A DNA stretch of 27,288 nucleotides from Candidatus Omnitrophota bacterium (GTDB taxonomy: Bacteria > Omnitrophota > Gorgyraeia > JAFGHF01 > JAZDEE01): assembly GCA_043809065.1 (NCBI GenBank), contig JAZDEE010000102.1, positions 1 to 27,288 of the forward strand, written 5' to 3'. The position numbers and the translations under genes are program-made. The notes under the pieces were generated by a model, which was not told where the DNA came from, ran no database searches, and saw only the letters and a program-made list of their open reading frames with translations. The stretch's first letter is position 1. Each line of letters opens with the position of its first letter. Below, piece by piece: positions 7,884 to 15,934 of this stretch.

Positions 7884-8037
7884 CTTTATCCTTGTTTGCC
7901 TCTTTAACGCACCTGCTATAGAAATCACACCTGGGGCAGCAAAGATACTCTTCATTACGTTCGCCGCGGTACCACTTGGTGTCGCAAGTCCAGTAAATCT
8001 GGCATTCTTCGCAGCAGTGCAGTTTATTTTTCTTCAT
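7855..8037 (-). CDS. 60-aa Cys-rich miniprotein with two CCxxCxxYxxC motifs
   Basis: CCEECQIYWTC and CCPRCDFYSRC; purine-rich RBS (GGGAGAG) before the ATG; overlaps both neighbours within an apparent operon. Confidence 0.65.
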   Translation of the reverse strand: MKKNKLHCCEECQIYWTCDTKWYRGERNEEYLCCPRCDFYSRCVKEANKDKDAGDQEVSG

Positions 8038-8827
8038 TTTCTCTTCCTTTCAATAGAGTCCCTATTGTTTCCAGGATTTCCTTATGCACTATTCCATTGG
8101 AAGCAATATAATTAGGAGCATCTATATTCCAGGGCCGGCCGGCAAAATCCGTAGCCTGGCCGCCCGCCTCTTCCACCAGTAAAAGTCCGGCGGCAAAATC
8201 CCAGACCTTATCGTTAAATTCCACCTCCGCCTCGGCCTTCCCGGAGGCAACATAAGCCAGACTGCGCACCGTTGAGCCGAACATCCGGATATTAAAAACC
8301 TGCGGCGCCAGTTTTTCCAAACCACCTAACATCTTCTTGCTATTATAATGAATACTGCTGTCATATATTAAGGTGGCATCAGCCAGTTTTCTCCGGGATA
8401 CCCCAATCTTCTTCCCGTTGCAAAAAGCGCCTTCTCCCTTTTGAGCGGTATAAAACTCATCGGCGCCGGGCATATAAATTATCCCCAAAATGACTTCTTT
8501 TTCCCAGGCCACCGCGCAAGACGTGCCAAAAATATCTATGCCGTGAATAAAATTATGCGTGCCGTCAATAGGGTCAATGATCCAGGTCCAGCCTGAACCT
8601 GAAGGAGAAGCCGGCCGTTCTTCGGATAAGATGCCGTCCGCGGGATAATATTTATTCACCAGCCGGATAATCGCTTCTTCGCATTTTTTGTCTATATCCG
8701 TAACCAGGTCTTTTTGGCCTTTGCTTTCTATTTTAAGCTCCCGGCCAAAATTATGCAATAGGATACTGCCTATTTCCCGGCAGGCCTCAATGGCTATTTT
8801 TTTTCTTTTTTCTATTTCTTTTTTCAT
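8024..8827 (-). CDS. Inositol monophosphatase family protein (SuhB/HisN-like)
   Basis: DLVTDID, ILSEE, WIIDPIDGTHNF, KVWDFAAGLLLVEEAGG. Confidence 0.95.
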   Translation of the reverse strand: MKKEIEKRKKIAIEACREIGSILLHNFGRELKIESKGQKDLVTDIDKKCEEAIIRLVNKYYPADGILSEERPASPSGSGWTWIIDPIDGTHNFIHGIDIFGTSCAVAWEKEVILGIIYMPGADEFYTAQKGEGAFCNGKKIGVSRRKLADATLIYDSSIHYNSKKMLGGLEKLAPQVFNIRMFGSTVRSLAYVASGKAEAEVEFNDKVWDFAAGLLLVEEAGGQATDFAGRPWNIDAPNYIASNGIVHKEILETIGTLLKGRENEEK

Positions 8828-9495
8828 TGTTTTTCTTGCCGCGCCGCTCTTGGCCCAAAAATCTTACTGCCCACCCGGATAATATTCGCCCCTTCCTCTA
8901 TCGCCATACGATAAGAGTCGGACATTCCCATAGAAAGATAGCGCATCTGTACGCTATTAATGTAGTCGTTGGCGATTTCATCAAAGAGCTTCTTAGTCCG
9001 CCTAAAACAAGGCCGGGTTATTTCGGGATTTTCTGTCTGGGGACCCATAGTCATCAATCCCATTACCCGGATATTCTTAAGAAGAGAAATTTCTTTTATA
9101 AATTCCTTAACATTCTGCGGAAATAGGCCAAACTTTTGTTTTTCTGCGGAGCTGTTTACTTCTATCAGGACAGGCATAATCTTTCCCTGCCGGGCGCATA
9201 TCGTATCTATCTCTTCAGCGAGCTCCCTGGAATCAACTGTTTCAATAAGATCAAATATCCGGACGGCCTTCTTGACTTTATTCTGCTGCAAATGGCCGAT
9301 AAAGTGCCACCGGGCTTTTCTGCCTACTACACGGAAAATCTTTTCTGCCTCTTGAAGATAATTTTCGCCGATTATCCGGACTCCCGCGGCTATCGCCTGA
9401 AGGATCTCCTCACTCGTCCGGCCTTTCGCTGCCGCTTCCAACTGTACTCCATCCGGCAGTTCCTGCAGAAGCCGGCCTACATTTTCCGCGATCAT
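8824..9495 (-). CDS. yggS: PLP homeostasis protein (YggS/PLPBP)
   Basis: IGENYLQE, WHFIGHLQQNKVK, GLMTMGP, LSMGMSDSY, IEEGANIIRVGSKIFG. Confidence 0.96.
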   Translation of the reverse strand: MIAENVGRLLQELPDGVQLEAAAKGRTSEEILQAIAAGVRIIGENYLQEAEKIFRVVGRKARWHFIGHLQQNKVKKAVRIFDLIETVDSRELAEEIDTICARQGKIMPVLIEVNSSAEKQKFGLFPQNVKEFIKEISLLKNIRVMGLMTMGPQTENPEITRPCFRRTKKLFDEIANDYINSVQMRYLSMGMSDSYRMAIEEGANIIRVGSKIFGPRAARQEKQ

Positions 9496-10161
9496 TTAAA
9501 ACAAAACCCTCATCACCATCCCTGTCCCGAAATACAATAATATCAATCCGCAAATACCACTAAACACTTTGTAGACCTGCGGCTTTTTGCGCAAGAAACC
9601 GGCAGCGCCGCCGGACAAAGAAGCAAACAAAAATAACGGCGAAACCAACGTCCCTATTCCAAAGGCCAGCCCGAACAAAGCGCCCTGGAGTAAATTCTCG
9701 GCCTTAAAAGCAATATAAACAAGCAGTCCTATCATCGGAACACAAGGGGCAAATCCGGTTAAAAGCCCCAGTAGAAACAATCCTTTTCTTCCCCCGGGGG
9801 AATCGCCCGGAGCCGGATGCGTTTTAACCGAGGGGCATCCCCAAAAATGCAAAGACTGTTTACTAATAATTACTATACCTAATACAACCAGACACCCCCC
9901 CATTATACCATCAACAACCGCTCCGGCATAGCTTTCGTAAGCCTTGCTGATTATACACCGGCCCAACCCCGCGCTCAGTAGACTCAATATTACGTAGGGA
10001 ATTATCCGCGCCAGAGAAAAAACCAAGCCGGCTTTGTATCCCTCACGCCATCCTTGCTGAGTAGCCGCCACATAAGGCAACATTATCGGCGCGCAAAAAG
10101 CCAGACACTGCCCCCAGCTCAAGGCCACGCCGATCATAAAGACATCCAGGAATAACTTCAA
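9496..10161 (-). CDS. Membrane protein, sulfite exporter TauE/SafE / DsbD_2 (cytochrome c biogenesis-like) family
   Basis: About six hydrophobic segments; Cys-bearing motifs GQCLAFCAP and GFAPCVP; TTG start. Confidence 0.75.
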   Translation of the reverse strand: MKLFLDVFMIGVALSWGQCLAFCAPIMLPYVAATQQGWREGYKAGLVFSLARIIPYVILSLLSAGLGRCIISKAYESYAGAVVDGIMGGCLVVLGIVIISKQSLHFWGCPSVKTHPAPGDSPGGRKGLFLLGLLTGFAPCVPMIGLLVYIAFKAENLLQGALFGLAFGIGTLVSPLFLFASLSGGAAGFLRKKPQVYKVFSGICGLILLYFGTGMVMRVLF

Positions 10162-10162
10162 A

Positions 10163-10387
10163 TTATATTGCTTCCACCTTCTTTACCTGGGGAACCTTGG
10201 CTTTGATGGCCTTCTCGACTATAGACTTTATGGTCATCTGAGAAGAAGGACACCCGCAGCAACCGCCGGTCAACTTCACTTTGGCCACCCCATCCGCGGT
10301 TACCTCGACCAAACTTACTCCCCCGCCATGCGCGGATAACATTGGGTTGACTTCTTCCTTTAATACCTTCTCAATCTTTTCTTTCAT
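10163..10387 (-). CDS. NifU C-terminal domain (Nfu-type Fe-S carrier)
   Basis: EVNPMLSAHGGGVSLV...VKLTGGCCGCPSSQMTIK; 74 aa stand-alone domain. Confidence 0.92.
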   Translation of the reverse strand: MKEKIEKVLKEEVNPMLSAHGGGVSLVEVTADGVAKVKLTGGCCGCPSSQMTIKSIVEKAIKAKVPQVKKVEAI

Positions 10388-10458
10388 TTTTCCCTCACTT
10401 TTTTAAAGCTGTGAACCTTTATTAACTTTATCTATCTTTTCCAACCAGCCTTGAATAT

Positions 10459-10487
10459 ATTTTACATCTAAACTGTTTTTTTGTCTA
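10459..10487 (-). promoter_or_regulatory. Candidate sigma70 promoter for the Nfu...def operon
   Basis: TAGACA (10487-10482), 17 nt spacer, TAAAAT (10464-10459). Confidence 0.5.
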
Positions 10488-10519
10488 ATTAAAAGCCCAT
10501 ATTCTTTGGGAATGACATG

Positions 10520-10591
10520 AGAGTCTAAAGGCAACCCTTGAATTGAAAATTGGGGTAAGTAATTCCAGATTCAAGGGCCGACCCCGTTTTC
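10520..10591. repeat. 72-bp palindromic repeat, copy 1 (overlaps the deaminase 3' end)
   Basis: 62 of 72 nt identical to 12024-12095 by my count; internal inverted arms GGCAACCCTTGAAT...ATTCAAGGGCCGACC. Confidence 0.88.
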
Positions 10592-11980
10592 TTTAATATG
10601 TTCGGCTAAAACCCTCATGTCGCCGATGGCTTTCTGCTCATCTATGGTCAATAGTTTCTTGCCCTTCATGACAACCTTGCCCGCTACCATAACTGTGTCG
10701 ACATCGGCTCCGTTTGCAGCGTAAACAAGGAGCGAGTAAATATTGTAAAGCGGTACGAGGTGCGGCTGATCAACATCTATAATAATAATATCCGCTTCTT
10801 TACCTTCTTCCAAAGACCCTATCTTGTCCTGAAGCCCCAAAACTTCTGCGCCGCCTATCGTGGCTATCCTCAGGACACTACGCGCATCAAGAACTGTTGG
10901 TGTCCAGGTATACACCTTGTGTAAAAGCGCGGCAGTCCTCATCTCTTCGAACATATTGAGATCATTATTACTGGCCGCCCCATCCGTTCCCAGGCCAACT
11001 TTAACCTTTAACACCAGCATCGGCGGTACCGGCGCAACCCCTTCAGCGAGTTTCATATTACTCTGGGGGTTATGAGCCACGCCTGTTTTTCTGGCCGCCA
11101 GTAGTTCTAACTCTTCATCTGTAACCTGTATAGAATGCGCTGCTATAGTCCGGTCGGTTAATAACCCCAAGCTGTCAAGATAGGCAACAGGTCTCATCTT
11201 ATACCGCTCTACTATATCGTTTACTTCATCCTTTGTTTCTGCAAGGTGAATATGCAACGGTGAATTATATTTCTTTGACAAGTCCGCCGCCTTTTTTAAT
11301 AGCTCTCCGGAACAGGTATAAGGCGCGTGAGGCGCTACAGCAACCGTGACCAAGCGATCTCCGCTGTATTTTTTAAGCAACTCCTCTGTGTACTTCAGCC
11401 CCGCTTCAGGCGTCTTGCTGTTAGGAGTCGGGTAATCCAAGAGGCCTTCTCCTATCATCACCCTGATTCCCGCTTCTTTTGCGACCTGGGCAACATCATC
11501 CTCGAAAAAATACATGTCATTAAAAGTAGTTGTGCCGGAACGAAGCATCTCGGCTATGGCAAGCCTTGAAGCAATGCGGACATTTTCCCGGCTTATAAAC
11601 TCGGCCTCGGCCGGCCATATATACTCCTTAAGCCACTGCAACAATGGAAGATCGTCCGCATAACCCCTAAACAACACCATAGCGGCATGAGTATGTGTAT
11701 TCACAAGCCCCGGCATCACGATCTTTCCCGCAGCATTAATTGTTATGTTCGCTTTGAATTTGCCTTCAATGACATTTCTTGTTCCCACAGCGACCATTAC
11801 GCCGTTTTTTATGGCGACAGCTCCGTCTTCTATAACAGCCATATCACTGTTCACGGTTACAACAGTGCCGCCTGAGATCAAAGTGTCGACAGCCTGCCGT
11901 TGTGAAGCGGCATAACTATCTACACAACCCAAAACTGCACAGGTGAAAGCAATCAAAATAGTCAGTATCGTTCTTTTCAA
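10571..11980 (-). CDS. Metal-dependent amidohydrolase, MTA/SAH (MtaD-like) deaminase subfamily, with N-terminal signal peptide
   Basis: GLVNTHTHAAM, APHAPYTC, HIHLAET, AAHS, GLGTDGAASNNDLNMFEEM. TTG start after AAGGAAG. The N-terminus MKRTILTILIAFTCAVLGCVDSYA is signal-like. Confidence 0.88.
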   Translation of the reverse strand: MKRTILTILIAFTCAVLGCVDSYAASQRQAVDTLISGGTVVTVNSDMAVIEDGAVAIKNGVMVAVGTRNVIEGKFKANITINAAGKIVMPGLVNTHTHAAMVLFRGYADDLPLLQWLKEYIWPAEAEFISRENVRIASRLAIAEMLRSGTTTFNDMYFFEDDVAQVAKEAGIRVMIGEGLLDYPTPNSKTPEAGLKYTEELLKKYSGDRLVTVAVAPHAPYTCSGELLKKAADLSKKYNSPLHIHLAETKDEVNDIVERYKMRPVAYLDSLGLLTDRTIAAHSIQVTDEELELLAARKTGVAHNPQSNMKLAEGVAPVPPMLVLKVKVGLGTDGAASNNDLNMFEEMRTAALLHKVYTWTPTVLDARSVLRIATIGGAEVLGLQDKIGSLEEGKEADIIIIDVDQPHLVPLYNIYSLLVYAANGADVDTVMVAGKVVMKGKKLLTIDEQKAIGDMRVLAEHIKENGVGP

Positions 11981-12023
11981 ATAAACTTCCTTTTAATTTA
12001 TTGTTTATTTTCCCGATTTAAAA

Positions 12024-12095
12024 AGAGTCTGGGGGCAACCCTTGAATTAAGAATTGGAGTAAGTAATTCGAGATTCAAGGACTGCCCCCGTTTTC
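12024..12095. repeat. 72-bp palindromic repeat, copy 2
   Basis: GGGGCAACCCTTGAAT ... ATTCAAGGACTGCCCC inverted arms; direct repeat of 10520-10591. Confidence 0.88.
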
Positions 12096-12118
12096 CTCGT
12101 GTAATCATCTTATTGACA

Positions 12119-12147
12119 AATATAACCCTTTGGGTAAAAAAAGTCAA
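12119..12147 (-). promoter_or_regulatory. Candidate sigma70 promoter for the amidohydrolase
   Basis: TTGACT (12147-12142), 17 nt spacer, TATATT (12124-12119). Confidence 0.55.
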
Positions 12148-12151
12148 AAAC

Positions 12152-13519
12152 TTATTTTTCCAAAGCACCAATATCCACCTGAGGATACTTTTTGAGCCTC
12201 TCTATAAAAATGCCTTTTATTTCCTCTAACCTCTCCGGCCTTTGTGCCTCGAACCTTAAGATAAGCTTGGGCGAAGTGTTGGATTTACGTAAGAGTCCCC
12301 AGCCATCGCCAAAGAGCACCCGCACTCCATCTACGTCAACACAAGGATACCTTTTTTTAAAGTAATCTGCCGCATCAGCGACTATCTTTCCTTTATCCGC
12401 GTCAGGGCACGTTATCCTTATCTCCGGCGTGCTGTAATATCTGGGCACGTCTTTAAGCAATTCGCTTAAAGATTTATCCTGCGCCGATAAAATCCGAAGA
12501 AGACGCAAAGAGGCATAGATGGCGTCATCAAAACCAAAATACTCATCGGCAAAAAACATATGCCCGCTCATCTCTCCGCAAAAAGGCGCATTTACCTGCC
12601 GCATTTTGGCTTTAATCAGGGAATGCCCCGTGGGGCAAAACTGCGGCCGCCCGCCTAACTTTTCTATCTCTTCCCAAAGGGCCTGTGAACATTTCACCTC
12701 GACCAGGCACGGCGCTTGCGGATATTTAGCCAGGATTTCCCGGTAAAATAAAATCATCAGTATATCCGGCCAGATAATCTCTCCCTTTTCATTGGCTACG
12801 CCTATCCGGTCCACGTCGCCATCGTAAGCAATCCCCGCGGCGGATTTTTCCTTTTTGACTTTCTTAAATAAATCCTGAAGATTGGCCAGAACAGAAGGAT
12901 CGGGAAAATGATGGGGAAAATTTCCATCCGGGGCACAGTATAATTCATCCACTACACAGCCTAAATCCCGCAAGAGCTTCGGGACAACCAATCCCGCGCA
13001 GCCGTTTCCGGCGTCTACAGTTACTTTCAGGCCTTTGCGCAGTTTAATCTTTTCCTTGAGCATCCGCGTATAGACGGATAGTATATCTTCGAAACTCTGT
13101 TTGCCCTGGCCTTTTTTGTATTTCTTCAGCTTTATATTCTTATACAAGGCCTGAATTTCTCCGCCATAAAGAGCATTTGTCCCTTTACACATCTTCAGCC
13201 CGTTAAACTCCGGAGGGTTATGACTGCCTGTAACCTGCACCCCGCCGGCCGCTTGATAATGATGCAAGGCAAAATACAAGGCCGGCGTCGGGACTGTGCC
13301 GATATCAATCACATTCAAGCCGGCCGAAAGCATACCCGCGCTCAGGGCTTGTTTAATCCGCCCGCTGCTCGGGCGGACGTCTCCTCCGACAACTATACTG
13401 CCTTCTCCCACATAACCGGCCAAGGCACAGCCAATGTTCCTCACCACCTCGTCGGTAAGGTCCTGTTCGGCTATTCCCCGGATATCGTATTCTCTAAATA
13501 TTTGCGGATTAATCTTCAT
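12152..13519 (-). CDS. Phosphomannomutase/phosphoglucomutase (AlgC-like)
   Basis: IFREYDIRG, VTGSHNPPEFNGLK (catalytic Ser), YDGDVDRIG (metal loop), CGEMSGH, RKSNTSP. Confidence 0.97.
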   Translation of the reverse strand: MKINPQIFREYDIRGIAEQDLTDEVVRNIGCALAGYVGEGSIVVGGDVRPSSGRIKQALSAGMLSAGLNVIDIGTVPTPALYFALHHYQAAGGVQVTGSHNPPEFNGLKMCKGTNALYGGEIQALYKNIKLKKYKKGQGKQSFEDILSVYTRMLKEKIKLRKGLKVTVDAGNGCAGLVVPKLLRDLGCVVDELYCAPDGNFPHHFPDPSVLANLQDLFKKVKKEKSAAGIAYDGDVDRIGVANEKGEIIWPDILMILFYREILAKYPQAPCLVEVKCSQALWEEIEKLGGRPQFCPTGHSLIKAKMRQVNAPFCGEMSGHMFFADEYFGFDDAIYASLRLLRILSAQDKSLSELLKDVPRYYSTPEIRITCPDADKGKIVADAADYFKKRYPCVDVDGVRVLFGDGWGLLRKSNTSPKLILRFEAQRPERLEEIKGIFIERLKKYPQVDIGALEK

Positions 13520-13529
13520 CTTTTCTCTT

Positions 13530-14582
13530 TCACGTATTATCCGGACGGCTAAGCAATTCCTTCAGCCGGGCGGCCTTCTGACGGGAGCAAATTAAAATAT
13601 TTTTATTGGCCGAAACAATCACTAAGTCGGAAACCCCAAAAGTGGTCACCGGGATATCCGGAGAATAAATTATACAGTTTTGAGTATCCACGGTCTGATG
13701 TTTTCCTATAGAAACATTCTCCGCCGGAAGCGCTTTTTGAATACGGGCAAGGGCGGTCCAATCCCCCACGTCATCCCAGGTAAACCCGGCGGCAACAGCC
13801 ACGCAATCCCTGGCCTTTTCCAAAACGCCGTAATCAATGGAAATATTTTTCAGTTTTCTGTATTCCTCTTTTAGCGTCTCGGCCGCGTTTTCTTTTTTAA
13901 AACTTTCTCTGATCCGGCAAAGCGCCCGCCAATGCTCAGGCATATAGCGGCAGATCAGCGTCTGAATCAGAGAATTCTTCCAGATAAATATCCCGCTGTT
14001 CCACAAAAAACATCCCCGCGCTATAAATGTCTCCGCCTCAGCCTGGGCCGGCTTTTCCAGAAAATTGAGCGCTTCCAACACCCCGGGGGCACATTCCTTA
14101 CCTATCTCTAAATAACCATATCCTGTTTCCGGCCGTTTCGGAGTTATCCCTAAGGTTACAACACAATCTTTTACCGCTAAAAATTCCACGCCCCTGGTTA
14201 AGGCGGCAATAAATTTATCTTCCTCCAGGATATAATGATCCGCCGGTAAAACCAGCATTATTGCCTGCGGGTTTATCCGCTCCAAATAGAGAGAGGCTAA
14301 ACCGAGACAGGCAGCGGTATTTTTTCCTTCCGGCTCGACTATATAATTCTCCTGGGCAAGATGGGGCGCCTGTAACCGCGCCTCATTTAAATGCTGAGGG
14401 GAAAGCACCGCGAAGATTCTCTCTTTGGGAACGACTTTCTGTATCCTTTCCACAGTCTGCTGAAAAAAGCTTGGGCCACCCCACAAAGAAAGAAAAGGCT
14501 TGGGTTTTTGTTCCGTACTTAACGGCCAAAGCCTTTCCCCCTTGCCTCCGCACATAATTACCGCATAAACGTTATCCAGCAT
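13530..14582 (-). CDS. manC: Mannose-1-phosphate guanylyltransferase (no PMI cupin domain)
   Basis: AVIMCGGKGERLWPLS, EPEGKNTA, PADHYI, PETGYGY, FLEKP, WNSGIF, ISIDYGVLEK, WDDVGDW. Start set at 14582; the track extension runs through a REP. Confidence 0.93.
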   Translation of the reverse strand: MLDNVYAVIMCGGKGERLWPLSTEQKPKPFLSLWGGPSFFQQTVERIQKVVPKERIFAVLSPQHLNEARLQAPHLAQENYIVEPEGKNTAACLGLASLYLERINPQAIMLVLPADHYILEEDKFIAALTRGVEFLAVKDCVVTLGITPKRPETGYGYLEIGKECAPGVLEALNFLEKPAQAEAETFIARGCFLWNSGIFIWKNSLIQTLICRYMPEHWRALCRIRESFKKENAAETLKEEYRKLKNISIDYGVLEKARDCVAVAAGFTWDDVGDWTALARIQKALPAENVSIGKHQTVDTQNCIIYSPDIPVTTFGVSDLVIVSANKNILICSRQKAARLKELLSRPDNT

Positions 14583-14616
14583 TCGATTTCTCTCTTGTTC
14601 CCCCATCAAGTTTTTC

Positions 14617-14642
14617 GGCCCGTTCGGGGAACGGGCCCTACA
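14617..14642 (-). repeat. GTAG-type REP-like hairpin
   Basis: Minus strand TGTAG-GGCCCGTTC-CCC-GAACGGGCC. Confidence 0.75.
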
Positions 14643-14775
14643 AAATATGTTCCCAACGGACATAACAGATTAACGGACAGGAGCACCTGACTTCCGCAAC
14701 GGGACACCTAAACAACCGTCATACCGGCGAAAGCCGGTATCTAAGAAGTTACAGCTTACCTGGATTCCGGCTTCC

Positions 14776-14915
14776 CAGACTGTGTCAAAAGTACCTTTTT
14801 TGTCATTGTCCGGCTTGACCGGACAATCCAGAAAATATTTGTCGTCGGGGATGGATTCCCTGGTCAAGCCAGGAAATGACAAAATTCGTTATTTTGCCTG
14901 TTTTGACACAGTCTG
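14776..14915. mobile_element. 140-bp MITE-like insertion with perfect 15-bp terminal inverted repeats and a 3-bp target duplication
   Basis: CAGACTGTGTCAAAA (14776-14790) / TTTTGACACAGTCTG (14901-14915); TCC on both sides (14773-14775, 14916-14918); no transposase. Confidence 0.85.
14802..14880. repeat. Inner GTCATT...AATGAC double-hairpin palindrome carried inside the MITE
   Basis: gtcattgtccggcttgaccggacaatccag ... tggattccctggtcaagccaggaaatgac. Confidence 0.85.
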
Positions 14916-14944
14916 TCCGCCGGAATGACGAATTTTTCCCCGTA

Positions 14945-15505
14945 TTACTGACGGAACAGAGATAACTGCTTCATATAAAGCGCCCTGACGGCCTTGAAAA
15001 TCTCCAGGTATTCCTTGCTTCGGTAATCCGGGTAGGTCCATTCCTGCGGGGCAAAGCTGTTTCCGCGGTATTGCAGGGTTACTTCCGCATAGATACCTTT
15101 TCCCAGATAGATACGGTGGGAATAGTCTTTGCAGGTAGCTAAGACTAATTTGGCAGCGCAAATATATCCCGGGTCAAGATTTATCCGGCGGGGAAAAACC
15201 TTATTTTGCCGCACAGCGCCGCGCTTGCGGCTGAGTTTCGCTTCTAACTTGTTGGTGTATAACTTAATATCCGCCAGACGTTTCGGCTCAATCAATCTCT
15301 CGACGCTCAAGAACTGCCGCCTCAGATCCGGCCCCATCTGGTCATCATAATAGGCAGTATAATTAAAAGGCAAAACCGCGCTCTGGAAATCAAACGGGCC
15401 AAATCTCTTTTGCAGGTAAACCTTGACCTGAGGCAGGACATCCTCCGCTGAGAACAAAACTCCGATAATAAATTTTACTGGTACAGCTCCGATTACCTGC
15501 GCCAT
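14945..15505 (-). CDS. DUF4416 family protein
   Basis: RRINLDPGYI, KLVLATCKDYSHRIYLGKGIYAEVTL, WTYPDY. Confidence 0.85.
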   Translation of the reverse strand: MAQVIGAVPVKFIIGVLFSAEDVLPQVKVYLQKRFGPFDFQSAVLPFNYTAYYDDQMGPDLRRQFLSVERLIEPKRLADIKLYTNKLEAKLSRKRGAVRQNKVFPRRINLDPGYICAAKLVLATCKDYSHRIYLGKGIYAEVTLQYRGNSFAPQEWTYPDYRSKEYLEIFKAVRALYMKQLSLFRQ

Positions 15506-15542
15506 TGCTTAATTCCACCCGCCATCCCCTTGGATTAGATAA

Positions 15543-15893
15543 TTACAGCGAAGGATTTTCTATAATGTCATTGAGCATCAGCTCAATTAAATATTCGGGA
15601 TTAGTGCTGATTTCTACCTGTTCTTTTATCAAAGGCCGTAGTTTTGTCTGCGCGTCTTCTTTGCTTATTCGCTTCTTGCGGTAATCTTCTTTTATTTTCT
15701 GGATCTCTTGCATTATTTCTAAATTTCTTTTTTCGAATTCATATAGTTTCGGATTCTTCTGCTGGAGCAAGCCCAAGGCCTTCTCTCGTTCGGCAAAAAA
15801 TTTCTGATAAGAAAACTCCTGGGCAAAGCAGACAGGAGAAAAAAGGATCAGCAGAGATACCATCAAAATTAACTTTTTTATTTTTTGTATCAT
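15543..15893 (-). CDS. Secreted hypothetical protein, predicted helical
   Basis: Signal peptide MIQKIKKLILMVSLLILFSPVCFA, then a charged heptad-like sequence; co-oriented with neighbours. Confidence 0.7.
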   Translation of the reverse strand: MIQKIKKLILMVSLLILFSPVCFAQEFSYQKFFAEREKALGLLQQKNPKLYEFEKRNLEIMQEIQKIKEDYRKKRISKEDAQTKLRPLIKEQVEISTNPEYLIELMLNDIIENPSL

Positions 15894-15934
15894 AATTTTC
15901 CCTCTTTTTTTACGGGCGGACACTCCGGTCGCCC

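Larger units (their letters stand above)
14717..14930. repeat. GTCAT...ATGAC double-hairpin palindrome (outer element), right arm interrupted
   Basis: Left arm cgtcataccggcgaaagccggtatc. Removing 14776-14918 rebuilds the right arm gattccggcttccgccggaatgacg, which is its reverse complement with 3 mismatches. Confidence 0.85.

Noticed and set aside
10520-12095. 72-bp repeats as a CRISPR array or integron attC sites
   Set aside because: There are only two copies 1.5 kb apart and no cas genes. The ends do not fit RYYYAAC/GTTRRRY on either strand, and no integrase is present.
12113-12140. Plus-strand TTGACA-16-TAAAAA promoter-like sequence
   Set aside because: The -10 is weak and no plus-strand gene follows. 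It could give antisense RNA to the PMM gene, but nothing else supports that.
14670-14882. 70-aa minus-strand ORF
   Set aside because: It lies almost entirely within the nested palindrome/MITE, so it is best explained as a chance frame.
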